Assembly: GCA_905178155.1 (NCBI GenBank)
Contig: CAJINV010000004.1
Location: forward strand, 10,271,661 to 10,335,660
Source of the DNA: Amoebophrya sp. A120
Taxonomy: Eukaryota > Protista > Dinoflagellata
Direction of reading: 5' to 3'
Length of the DNA: 64,000 nucleotides
How positions within the stretch are numbered: the first letter of the stretch is position 1; each line of letters begins with the position of its first letter. Under the pieces are notes generated by a model. That model was not told the DNA's origin. It ran no database searches and saw only the letters and a program-made list of their open reading frames with translations. This document shows, one piece after another, positions 1-11,023 of the stretch. A program made the translations under genes and the position numbers.

Positions 1-86
1 CATCTCAGGCATCATGGATCACATCATGCAAAACGTGCATGACAAGTCTCAGAATCTTCCAGACCCAGACACTTTTGCATTTGATA
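1..86. mobile_element. Introner family B, right end only (window starts inside it)
   Basis: Ends CTTCCAGACCCAGACACTTTTGCATTTGATA, the same terminus as the complete copies at 4084-4512 and 6049-6313. Open coding sequence resumes at 87. Confidence 0.85.
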
Positions 87-634
87 CGGCAGCTGACCAA
101 ACCAAATATCCACACCTTTCCGATCTTCAAGCGAGTCCGGTCTAACGCCGACGACCAGGACCAGGCGTCGAAAAGAGGCGTGATGATCGGTATTAGTAGT
201 GGTTTTTTGAACTACGTTGACATCAAGGAAATTTCTTGTCACGCTACTTCCAAGCCATTTAAACAGATTCAATTAATTGTCACGCTAATACAGCATGTCC
301 TGCTCTGCTCTGCGATGTAATACTAATATTCGCAAAAAAAAATCCAGGTGCCATCCAGTGGATTTCGAATGGCGATGTGTCGGCGTTTGGTGACGACGGT
401 TTGTTTCGCGGTGAATCCTCCGCAAACCACATGGGAGTCCTTTGGAAGTATTCGGACATCCTCGCTCCTTGCGTCGAGGCCTGGCAGCGGGAACTGGAAG
501 CGAATCCGGATGATACAGGCGTCCCGAAACGACGAAGCACTACGACCAGTGAGGACTCGCAGGGAAAGCGGGAACAGAACTACATGTTGTTCTTACAGCA
601 GAAGACCCTGCCGAAGCTGTCGTCGCAGCACTAG
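87..634 (+). CDS. 3' end of a hypothetical protein (last exons)
   Basis: Open frame RQLTKPNIHTF...DIKEIS follows the introner. A possible GT-AG intron at 238-347 joins it in frame to AIQWISNGDVSAFGDD...SSQH*. No family recognised. Confidence 0.5.
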
Positions 635-1705
635 GTGGTGGAAGTTGACTGTATAGGGGGCGGCTTGCTGTCACTTCGTGGTGCTGTTTGTATACTTTTT
701 ACTTCTATTTGCCGCACTCCTCGTCCTCTCGGGCGCTGGCAGTTTTTCTGCTCTGTTTGTATCCAAGTTTACTTTACTACGCAAAGATCTAGCTCGACCG
801 TTATGACAATAGAAAACTTTTTGCCGTTAGCGTTACTCTTGACAAGCAGTAAACCGTGGTAGTGCTGTTCAAGTGTAGGACATTGCAGGACTAGCTTTGC
901 TCTTGCCGGTATTTGTAGAAGAAGTCGAAGAGTTTATTCGTAAAATGTACAATTCGTTCTCTCGCAAAACACCAGACGTAAATATCAATTTCGCATGTAG
1001 ACATTCTCGCAGCTTCGTTCTTTCAAAGTTTTGATTACACCACGCTATGAGCTTCGCTTCTGCCAGCTTCGCATGATTCGCTTCAAAGTGTAGACATTAG
1101 ACAAGCTTTCGATCAGACGCAAACATCCTATATTCTGACGAGTTTTTGTATCATTCTATCAAGATCAACCTGAAAATGCCACTGTTAAATGTTTTCGAGT
1201 TTCGTTCATCCAGGAGCGCAGTCGCTCACTGGATTTCTCTTTCGACTTCAACTTGTATAATAGACTCCTTTTGGCTTCATTTAACTCCGCATTAATTTTC
1301 TCATCTTCGAGGCTCTGAAATGCTGAAGTACTTGTTGTCAGCCAGCGAGCCGCCGTGATCGATGGAGATGATCCGCTGCAGAATGCACGCATGTGCTTGT
1401 TCCTGTTGCTCCCCTGTGGTGGTAATCTTTTTGCACTCGTCGTTCGTGGTGTGGCCTGTGGAATGAAGATCTACCCGCTTTTTCCTTCCTCGGAAGCCGC
1501 CATGATCCTACGACCGATCGCAGTTTCATTAAGCACGCCATGGTGCTCATAATTTATTTTTGATCCTCGATTTGCGTAGCAGGAAGAGAAACTCCGAGGT
1601 CCGATTTTTGTGTCCTGTGATCTTACAGTCACACTTCTGCTATTGCTTTCTGCTTCGCTATTTTTTCTTACGTTCCACTCGCGGAAAACGAAAAACACAT
1701 TGACC

Positions 1706-2638
1706 ATGTTGCCTGTCTACCGCGACCTGATGGGAGGCAAGCCCTTCGACCCGAATAGAACTGCTTCTTCCAGCTCATCTTCCGCCCAACAAAACCAGCC
1801 GCGCTCCGCCAGGATCATCAACGCCACTTCGCCGGCAAACAAAACCGCCGCCGGGCCGCCTACCGGAATAAACCTGAACGGTGCAACGAGAACGAAAATC
1901 GTGATCACCCCGGTTCCCAGTGTGACGAGCAGCGAAGACACGACAAACACCACGTCAGCGTTCGTAAAGTTGAGCGGAGATTTAGTTGACGGGCAATACG
2001 AAGTAGAATCGAGTTCTTTAGGAGTTGACGTCGGCAAATCCAGCGACCGGGCAAAAAGACCAAAAGGAAGTCGCCAATTATTCCTGTCTCTTACCCGCCG
2101 CCTGTGGGATCTTTACCTCCAACGACTCGAGAAGTCCCCGTTGCAAACGAAAATCGAAACGGCGTCGGTTTGTGGCGTGCTCTCCGAATTTCTTTCAAGT
2201 TTTGTCATCATGAAACAGCGAGATCCGCAACAACTTTTGAGAGGTTTTTGGAACCAAATTTTTCTCAGCGTCGTCTTTCGCGGACCCGTGATGCACTACT
2301 GGACCACTTGGCTGAACGGATTTGTTGCGAGAAAGAATCTGGCTTCAACGAAACTGAATGTCGCGATGAAGGTGTTGATCCACGAATCCGTCTACGATCC
2401 GAGCTTTGTCATCGCCTTTTTGTTTCTCCTGCGGCTCGTTCGGGGTCTGTCCGTGAAGGAAAGTTTCGCCGGGGCGAAGCGGGAGTTTGGGAAAGCGCTG
2501 AGAACACAGTACAGCATCTGGCCGATGATTCAGTGTCTGACTTACGCACTGGTCCCGCCAAAGCTGCAAGTTGGGTTCATAACCTTCGTAGCCATTTTCA
2601 CAAACGCGTATCTCACGTTTCTGAGCACAAGGAAATGA
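1706..2638 (+). CDS. Mpv17/PMP22 (PXMP2-like) membrane protein
   Basis: The C-terminal ~180 aa show the family pattern LEKSPLQTK...GPVMHYW...KVLIHESVYDP...IWPMIQCLTYALVPPKLQV...NAYLTFLS. The N-terminus is low-complexity. Intronless. Confidence 0.85.
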   Translation: MLPVYRDLMGGKPFDPNRTASSSSSSAQQNQPRSARIINATSPANKTAAGPPTGINLNGATRTKIVITPVPSVTSSEDTTNTTSAFVKLSGDLVDGQYEVESSSLGVDVGKSSDRAKRPKGSRQLFLSLTRRLWDLYLQRLEKSPLQTKIETASVCGVLSEFLSSFVIMKQRDPQQLLRGFWNQIFLSVVFRGPVMHYWTTWLNGFVARKNLASTKLNVAMKVLIHESVYDPSFVIAFLFLLRLVRGLSVKESFAGAKREFGKALRTQYSIWPMIQCLTYALVPPKLQVGFITFVAIFTNAYLTFLSTRK

Positions 2639-3345
2639 AGGAGAAGAATGAAAGGAGAAAGCAGTTTTTAGAGCTAAGACAGCACATCATGTTCTTGTGA
2701 AGAAGAAGAAGATGCTCATATAGCTGTCTGGAAAAAAATGAGACGGGAGAGAACAAGCGATACAAAATGTTCCAGAGCTCACTGTTCTTCTACTTCGTCT
2801 TCTTCGATAATGCTCGTCCTTTTCAGCTCCAGCTGCCCGTTGAGGTAAGCGGGGGATCACCTGCACGGTTGAAACGATCCTTTCGCCTTAGAGTACTGTC
2901 AACAAGCCCCCACGGTCTAGGGGCGACTGAGAGTTGGTAGTCTGTGAGCAGTTGGGTCTTGCTTGAATCTGCCACCACAGATCAGCAACACAGGACGAGA
3001 GAGCATATTGTACCTATATTAAAACCCATTCGAACTTCCCTTTGGGATTTTACTTTCTATATATTAAAACCCAATCACACACTGTAGAGAAATAAGACAG
3101 TGAAGAGCATTGCTGTACACGGCGAAGCAAGACCAATTGTGTTGAACAATCCGTACAATAATTTTTAGCGGAGGTGGAGGTGAAGGTCGATTAGTTCAGA
3201 CTTCTCTCATGCAGAAGCATGATCCTTGGGTTCTTACAATATCACTAAAGTCGTACCTTTCGCGTTCCCTGTTACGTATACGTGGTACCTGCAGTTCTAA
3301 AAGACCATCTCGTCCTCCGAGCAAGGTACTTAAACTTATCCCAAG

Positions 3346-6300
3346 ATGCAAACCCGCGACCAGACACTGCATGTGTACAATGTGCCGGCTCGCGACGCGA
3401 AACTCGGCGAAAAACTTCGCAAGTACCAGCAGGTGCGTTCCGCCAGTTTTGCCGGTTTCCATGCGGAGCAATATCGTATTTAAAAACGTCCCCACCCCAT
3501 AGTTGTAATGCAAATCTGCATGCTGAAAATGTTTCTCATGCGGAGCGCCATGAGAAGCATTATCTAGTCGCGTTTTGGCATTTGTCATGCTCCAACCAGC
3601 ATGTTGTACTAGATCTGTGATGCTGCTGAACTACCTCAAACAGTACTACAGTACGAGTTCAAATTTGTCATGCAAACCAGCCAACACTTGTGGATTTGTG
3701 TAGCCGATTCCCCATTTTGACTCTGGGGTGGGAACGTTTTTACACAGGATAAGCAAGGCCTGTACATCACCACGCGTTTCGCGGACTCCAACCAACTCCA
3801 CTACGTCTCCAGCCCCTACGGGATGCGGGAGCATATCCCGCAGAAAAAAGCAGGCAGGGCATATTTGTAATGCAAAAATAAATACACAGGAAAATCTGTC
3901 ATGGGCGAGGCCATAACATCCTGTTTAGGGCATGCAATACAGATTTTTTTGTCTATTTATTTTTGCATTACAAATATGACCTGTCGGTCTTTTTCTGGGG
4001 GATAGAGCAGTTAACCTTCCTGAAAGAGCCGGTGAAAATCTGCCTGACCCCGCCCCCCGAGGCCATCGCGCGAGCGGGGAACATATGAAATGCAAAAATG
4101 TCTGGGTCTGGAAGGTCACAACTTGTGATGCATGCTGTCTGTGGATTCTATTAAAAAATTTGTATTGCATGACCAGCAAGTGCAAGAGGGGTCGGGTTCG
4201 TCCTACGTGGAGGGGGCACTTGTTCTCATGCGGTAGAGGTATCACAAAGCCCTCTAAAATCTGTGATGCTACGGCATGCATCACAGACATCATGGCTCAT
4301 GGAAAATATGCTTGACAAGAAGTCTAGAATTGGCGAGTTGGTATAGTGGCCGGGAGATGATGGCGATGGCATCTCGGTGTCCGCCTGACCCACCTTCCCT
4401 GCGTGACAGCCATCTGCGGCCGTTTGCACAGGGGGAGGCAAAGTGTGTCGCACTTCTGTTTAGCATGACAAGTCTAGAAATCTTCCAGACCCAGACATAT
4501 TTGCATTTGATAGAACAAAGATGCGTTTTTGTACGGGATCGACAACGGCGGCGATATCCTGTGCAAAAGTATCGTACTCCTATTGCAATCATGCATCACA
4601 AATCTGTCGCTGAAGGCAAAGCAGCATTACAAATTTTATCTCTCATGCTGAGGAAATTTGTACTGCATTTATACGAGTGCGATACTTTTGCAGTTCATAG
4701 GCGACGAGAAGACGCAGTTTTGGCTCTTCGCCCGCGCGACGGGCGACGCAAAATTGCTCACCGATGGCAAGAGCTCGAACCGGTCCCCGCATTTCTGCCG
4801 CCAGAGCGGCGCCCTGGCTTTCAGCAGCAACGCGCGGGACGGGAAGCACTTCGATGTGTATTTGCTCTTGGAAAACCAAGTGCTCGGCGACGTGCACAGT
4901 AGTACAACCGGAGGAGCTTCTGCGAATCAGCACAAAGGCGCTCCTGGCGTTGTTGACAAATATGATCCAGAGCCGCCGAAGCCAGTGTTGATTTACCAGA
5001 CGGAAGAAGTAGGGTACATGATGGTCCAGGATTTTTACCATGAGGACCTGCTGTTAATCCGGCACTACAATTCCGTTTCCGATTCGAAAATGTTCCTTCT
5101 GCAAAAAAACGCAGAAACGAACACGTGGAGCCGAACAGACATCGGGGCGGCGGTAGTAGCAGGAGGTGCAGCACCTTTGTCGGCAACAAACAGTACCACG
5201 ACGACCCCGGCAACTACATCATCACTAGGAGCTGCTGCTGCAAAGAACCCGTCAACTACGATCTTTTCCCTCGACGACGGTCGCTTTACGCCCAACGGCG
5301 TGGGCGTCGTTTTCAGCACGGACGCAGGGGTGAAAACTGAGTTTAAACAGTTGTGGTACTACGATATTCTGAAGAAAAAAGCCCTTCCCGTCGCCGATAA
5401 CATTCCCTGGGACGTGGAGGACGTGCACATTAGCAGCTTCGGGGACGTCCTAGTCGTGTACAACGAGGACGGCGTGTCTACCTTCTACCACAGCGTGCTC
5501 CGTGACGCGCTGGTGGCGCCCCAAGCCGGAGGCCCGGGACTATCCTCCCCGTTCCAGACGAAGATGCCCCTGAAGAATCCCCTGACCAAAATCACGCTGC
5601 AGAGTCTGCAGATCGGCGTGTTCGGGTCCGGCGCCTTTAAAGCGAACACACGGCAGTTCGGATTTTCCTACCAGCAGGCAACGAGCCCCTCGGATGTGTT
5701 TGTGGTGGACTTTCAGCGGGAAAGGAACCGGTTTTTTTCCGTGAAACGGTGGACGGAATCGGAAATCGGCGGGTTGGACTCCTCCACCTTCGTGACCCCG
5801 CACCTGATTCGCTACAAGTCCTTCGACGGGCTGGAAATACCGGCTTTCGTGTACTACCCGAATAAAGACATGATCAAGACCGGCGGAGGCGGAGGTCCCC
5901 GCCGTGTGAAGGTGGAAGTCGTGGAGCCACCAAGTGACAAACAAGAAGCTCGTGCTGAAAGCACAAAAAATAGAAATTATCCAGATGAACAACTATCACC
6001 ACCCCCAGTACCACCTGGCGTTCCCGTCATCATCCACCCGCACGGGGGTATCAAATGCAAAAATGTCTGGGTCTGAAAGACTGCAAGATTTGTTATGCAT
6101 ATTTCTCATGACCCATGATGCCTGTAATGCATGACCTAGCATCGCAGACTTTTAGAGGTCTTCCTGATGCATCTTCCGCATGGGAATAAATGCCCTGTCC
6201 GTGTAGTAAAAACTGTACCCCTCTTGCTGGTCATGCAATACAAATTTTTTTAGAGTCCAAAAACAGCATGACAAGTTGCAATCTTCCAGACCCAGACACT

Positions 6301-7607
6301 TTTACAATCCATAGGGGGTCCGGAAGGCCAGCACCGCCCGCGGTTCGCGTCCATCTACCAGTTTCTGTGCGTGGGGCTTGGGGTGTGCATCATCGACCCG
6401 AACGTCCGGGGAAGTGCCGGGTTTGGGAAAACGTTTGTCACTCTGGACAACTTATCCTGTGCAAAAGTAATATCGTACTCGTAGTAATTGCAATCATGCA
6501 TTACAAATCTTTTTCTTAAGGTAGATCCGCATTACAAATTTTATTTGTCATGCTAAAGAAATTTGTAATGCATTTATACGAATACGATACTTTTGCAGCT
6601 CATACAACTGCGAAAAGCGCGAAGACAGCGTGAAGGACATCGGGGCGCTGATTGACTGGATTTGCGACAGTGGAACTAGTATGCATCGCAAATGCATCGC
6701 ACTCGTATGAAAACGAATTGCAGTCAACATACATGACAAATCTCTTTCTAAACCTGAAACAGCATCACAAATTCCACTTTTGTTCTTGCCGTCGAAATTA
6801 CTTATTTGTGATGCTATTCACGCTAGTGCGATGCTTTTGCAATGCATAACTAGTACAGAAGAAGGCAGCTCGACTATGACATCTACGGCAGCTTTACCGG
6901 CGACACCTACTTCTTCAGCGACCGGGACCACGTCCGGGACGACTTTGAATACTAGCCTGAGCAAAAAAGAATCCTCTTTGCAAAAGTCGACCAACAACTC
7001 GAGAGCACGACGAAGTATTTTCCAGTTCGACCCACAGCGGATCGGCGTCTGGGGCGGCTCCTACGGCGGCTACATGGTGCTAGCGTCTTTGATTCACTTC
7101 AACGACAAACTCTGCTGCGGTATCGACATGGTGGGCATCAGCAATTTTGTCACGTTTTTGGAAAACACCGCGAGCTACCGACGCGAACTGCGCAGAAAGA
7201 AGTACGGCGACGAGACCGACCCGGACATGCGGCAGCTCCTGCTGGACATCTCCCCGCTGACCAACTGCCAAAAGATCAAGGCCCCGCTCTTCATCGCGCA
7301 GGGGAAGAACGACCCCCGCGTGCCGGCTAGCGAAGCAGAGCAGATCTTCAACCAGGTGAGGCGGAACAACGGCAGGGATGCGGTTTGGTACATGCTCGCG
7401 GACGACGAGGGACACGGGTTCAGCAAGAAAAAAAACGTCGACGCGTATCAGGAAGCGATGGTGCAATTTTGGCGGAAGTTCCTGTTCAAGGAAGACATAC
7501 AGGTGGAGGACGGGAGCGGAAGTGGCAATACGGGTGGACTAGTAAATTATGCAGGCGGTGGCGGATTTCTCAGAAGAATTGTCGATACCGTCTGCCGTGC
7601 CTGCTGA
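3346..7607 (+). CDS. S9 prolyl-oligopeptidase-family peptidase, 8 exons split by 7 introners
   Basis: The spliced product reads ...YQQVRSASFAGF...TRFADSNQLH...REQLTF...GGDEKTQF...HGGPEGQ...PNVRGSAGFGK...REDSVKD...GGSYGG...QGKNDPRVP...DEGHGF. The Ser-Asp-His triad is intact. Confidence 0.93.
3472..3751. mobile_element. Introner family A (280 bp)
   Basis: TATC...GATA ends; TIR AAAAACGTCCCCACCCC; direct repeat AGCAA on both sides. Removal gives HAEQGLYITTRF. Confidence 0.93.
3834..4004. mobile_element. Introner family D (171 bp, long TIR)
   Basis: TATC...GATA ends; inverted CATATTTGTAATGCAAAAATAAATA; direct repeat GAGCA. Removal gives GMREQLTF. Confidence 0.92.
4084..4512. mobile_element. Introner family B with nested insertion (429 bp)
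   Basis: TATG...GATA ends; TIR AAATGCAAAAATGTCTGGGTCTGGAAG; direct repeat GAACA. Removal gives AGNKDAFLYG. Confidence 0.92.
4555..4699. mobile_element. Introner family C (145 bp)
   Basis: TATC...CATA ends; TIR TGCAAAAGTATCG; direct repeat GGCGA. Removal gives DNGGDEKTQF. Confidence 0.93.
6049..6313. mobile_element. Introner family B (265 bp)
   Basis: TATC...CATA ends; direct repeat GGGGG. Removal restores the HGGPEGQ motif. Confidence 0.94.
6453..6604. mobile_element. Introner family C (152 bp)
   Basis: TATC...CATA ends; direct repeat CAACT. Removal gives LDNCEKREDSVKD. Confidence 0.93.
6680..6848. mobile_element. Introner, family C-related (169 bp)
   Basis: TATGCATCGCAAATGCATCGCACT and its inverse at the ends; direct repeat ACTAG. 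Removal gives WICDSGTSTEE. Confidence 0.9.
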
Positions 7608-8482
7608 AAAGAAACGCGCTTATATTTTTTAGGTCGATTTCAGACCATTTCTTTATCGCCTGGGACTTCCTCCGAGTGGTTTCCAGAGATTGACTTAGCA
7701 TTGAAATTGGCTTACGCGTGCTTGCGCAGTGCTGTTGCTGGAACTTGACAACTAGTATCCTCGGTGCATTAATCGTAATGCCAAGAAGAGCTGTTCTTGA
7801 AAATCAATGCCACTTGGGGTGTCGTGGATTAGGATTCAGTGTGTTTCAGGCAGGGTAGTTCGTTGTTTCGAGACCGTCCGCAGAGTCGTGCCTGGTCGTA
7901 GAAGTGGGATGAGGCAGCAGTCTTTCTTACATCCACCACGTTGGCGTTCGCTAATGCAACAGTGCATCTTGTTTTGTACCAGGATCAGCAAGGATTCTAA
8001 GTGCTCGCTGGAGGCAAAATAGGGGTAGAAGAGCCTTCGTCGTATTTCTCCTCGTTTCTCCCCATCTGCTCTGTGTCTGTTCGTAGTCCCAATTGATCAT
8101 CGTAATCGTATCGCGATTGTTAGTAGCTCGACGCATGATCGGGTAGTAGAACGAGTTGAAAAATCAAAATAGGCGGCACATTTTGGATTTGAGCCCTATT
8201 ACCTGATACAAAAGAAGTACTGGTACTGCGAGAACATACAGTAGAGATCTGTTTGTTTTTTTTTATTACAGTACCGAAGAAGCTTGCGCCATATTGTTTT
8301 TGGATACGCAAGCACTGCCGTGTCACTCCACAAGTATTTCGTTCTCCATCCATCTCATCGTCATCGCTTTTGTTGTGAGTCTCTCTACTACTCTCAATCC
8401 ATCTCAACGTGCAAACTTTCATCTCTGGACTACAACACTAAAGAACAAGAAGGCCCGTAGGATAGAATTCGAAAGCGGCAAA

Positions 8483-10112
8483 ATGTCTGATGACGACGGG
8501 CGGAAGAACGTAGGGCTCCCCGCCAAGCGCGAAATGCTGCAGAAGCATATGGTTGATACGTGGCAGCTTAAGTACACTCGTGTGTACGCCTCGCGTTGGG
8601 AAAAGCAACTAACTACTGGCTGGCCGAAGGCTTGCAAGGACAAGTTGTTTGGGCGGGGGATGGACACGCCGAAATTTTGGGGCGACTTTCATGCGCAGCC
8701 TTTCCAGCAGGAAAAGCAAAAGAGCGGAAAGAAGCATCTGTTTGTGACTATCGCGACCTACAACCGTGACCTGCTAGACGGTTCCGAGCAGCTGCAATTT
8801 CTCGTCGACAACTTTCCCGGCTTTCGTGCGATCGACACGACAAAGTATCTCATTTGTTCGCTTTTTTCATCTGATGCTGCGACACTAAAAGTTTGCTCAT
8901 TAGAATTACATTGCTTGCAATTCTCATTCTTCATCTATCACTATCTTCTTGATGTTCTTTTGAGACGGCCGCTTCGTTTACATCGTGGCTCGTGGAAGTG
9001 TCCCGACTCCATTATGGGCATTGTGACATCGAAGATGTGGCATCAAAATGGAAATCCTCTAACTCAACAGATACATGGACGGTAAGGATCGGTACTATGC
9101 AATCGGAGTGCTCATTCCGCGGAATTCCGAGGTCTACAGGGAAGATGCCGAGAAGTTTGCGTGCAGCTGCCGAACCTTTGGCCTTGAAGACATTTGGTCG
9201 GCCGGTTCCGGGGCAGCGCAGGTATGGGGCTCTCAAGCGTTACGCTCTCAACTGTTGCACGATTTTGGGATGCAAGAAGAGCAAAACAAAAGGCAAAGGA
9301 GGGAGCTTGCACCTCTCGCATTTTTACAAGTGCCCTTGGCTTGCCTTGCCCTTGGCTTGCCTTGCCCTTGGCTTGCCTTGCCCTTGGCTTGCCTTGCCCT
9401 TGGCTTGCCTTGCCCTTGGCTTGCCTTGCCCTTGGCTNNNNNNNNNNNNNNNNNNNNNNNNNNNNNNNNNNNNNNNNNNNNNNNNNNNNNNNNNNNNNNN
9501 NNNNNNNNNNNNNNNNNNNNNNNNNNNNNNNNNNNNNNNNNNNNNNNNNNNNNNNNNNNNNNNNNNNNNNNNCCTTGCCTTGCCTTGCCTTGCCTTGCCT
9601 TGCCTTGCCTTGCCTTGCCTTGCCTTGCCTTGCCTTGCCTTGCCTTGCCTTGCCTTGCCTTGCCCTGCCCCCTTGCCTTCTCTTTTACAAATCTGGCCCA
9701 GATTTCATCTATGTTGTTTGGCCCTTCGCGGACTTGTCATGCGCAGCAGCTTGATCGCGTAGCTGTTGTTGTAGTTGATGGCAATTCTGCATGACAAATC
9801 ACGCAACAGTTGAGACTGTAATGCTTGAGAACCCCATTGCACGGAAACAAGACTTCCACGCAGGTCCTGCTGGAGATCAAGCACGAAGAGAAAGAGGAAG
9901 AGTTCGCGCGGAAAAACGCCCACCTGATGCAGGAAAACAACCGGCTCGCGCAGGAGAACAGCACGCTCAAGCGGAGTAAGGTCCGGTTGGAACAAGAGCT
10001 GCAGAAAAAAGCTACAGGAACCCCGGACAAGAAGCGCCAGAGAACCAGCGTAGATGATTTTTGGGCGAATCTACCAATCCTAGATGACGAGTTCTTCGCT
10101 GTCAAGAAATGA
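8483..10112 (+). CDS. Hypothetical protein with C-terminal coiled coil, 3 exons
   Basis: MSDDDGRK... is joined in frame through a GT-AG intron (8845-9070) and an introner (9223-9838) to ...EIKHEEKEEEFARKNAHLMQENNRLAQENSTLK...*. Confidence 0.65.
8845..9070 (+). other. Canonical GT-AG intron
   Basis: AA|GTATCT...CAACAG|A. Phase 2, frame-preserving (TTKYMDGK). Confidence 0.65.
9223..9838. mobile_element. Introner family E, expanded by a microsatellite
   Basis: ~40-bp TIR (ATGGGGCTCTCAAGCGTTAC...CTCAACTGTTGC); repeats GCAGG/GCACG. The interior matches the reverse complement of 43081-43326. Confidence 0.85.
9331..9679. repeat. (CCTTG)n and 16-bp CCTTGGCTTGCCTTGC microsatellite containing an assembly gap (N at 9438-9572)
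   Basis: Directly visible tandem units on both sides of the N run. Confidence 0.95.
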
Positions 10113-11023
10113 TGTTCCGAGTTGTCCTCGCACTTGACGTAGTTGGTACCTGAAACAGTTACTCGCTCGCGGCCCAAAGTAGAAGCGAGCACCCGATTGA
10201 TTTTTACACTTCGTACATCTTTCGTATTTAATTACAGAATGGCACGATCTCCTTCCCCTTCTTTTTTGAGCATGAGTGATAGAACGTTGGTCAATTTTCG
10301 TATTTCAATTTGATGGTAAAGGTAAAGGTAATTATGTATGAAAACAGATATAGTTCGATATTCAAAACAAACGACAAAACCCCAATTCTCAACGTGCTCA
10401 ATTCAGTTTTGTAGTTCGACAAAGGTCAAGGAAGGAAAACAACTTTGCCGGCAAGACTTGTGAGTGGTTTAGTCGTGCTCTTGTTCGTACAGGTCCCACA
10501 GGACAAGATGGCGATGAGTCTCCTCGGAAAGTATTCTTGGTGGAAGGATCCATTTCTTGGTGTTTAAGATAACACCTGCCCCCTAATCCAAGGCGGTTTT
10601 AAAGGATCAATGTCTCGATCTACTCGTGCTGATGAAGATGAAGATCCAGGAGGTGTGCTGCATTACAAAGCAGTATTGAAGAGTAGCATGATTGCAGATC
10701 ATGCAATCCATGCATGCATGAAGAAGATGTTGGCTTTGTAGCTGGTAGCCCGAGACAGTCGCTCTGGAGGGTTCCTCGTTCGGAAATTCTGTACGTGGAA
10801 CTTGACTCTTTTACATACCACAACGCTCTCAGAGTCAGAACAACAAAAAGGGCGCAAGGGCATGAGTATGATCTGATTGTCATTTCTTCAGTATCAAGTA
10901 GTTAGGTAGTGTACATCTATCAGCGGAGCTTTAAAAAAACCTTCACCAGCTTTGCGAGTTTACGATACCGAAGACACTTTTTGTTTTTGTCGCACAAAGT
11001 CCAAGAAAGACTATAGCAAAAAT

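Noticed and set aside
2876-2900. U5 snRNA-like CTTTCGCCTT
   Set aside because: The invariant loop GCCTTTTAC, the closing stem and the Sm site are missing.
8992-9794. ORFs with LALPC repeats
   Set aside because: They are translations of the (CCTTG)n microsatellite and N gap inside an introner.
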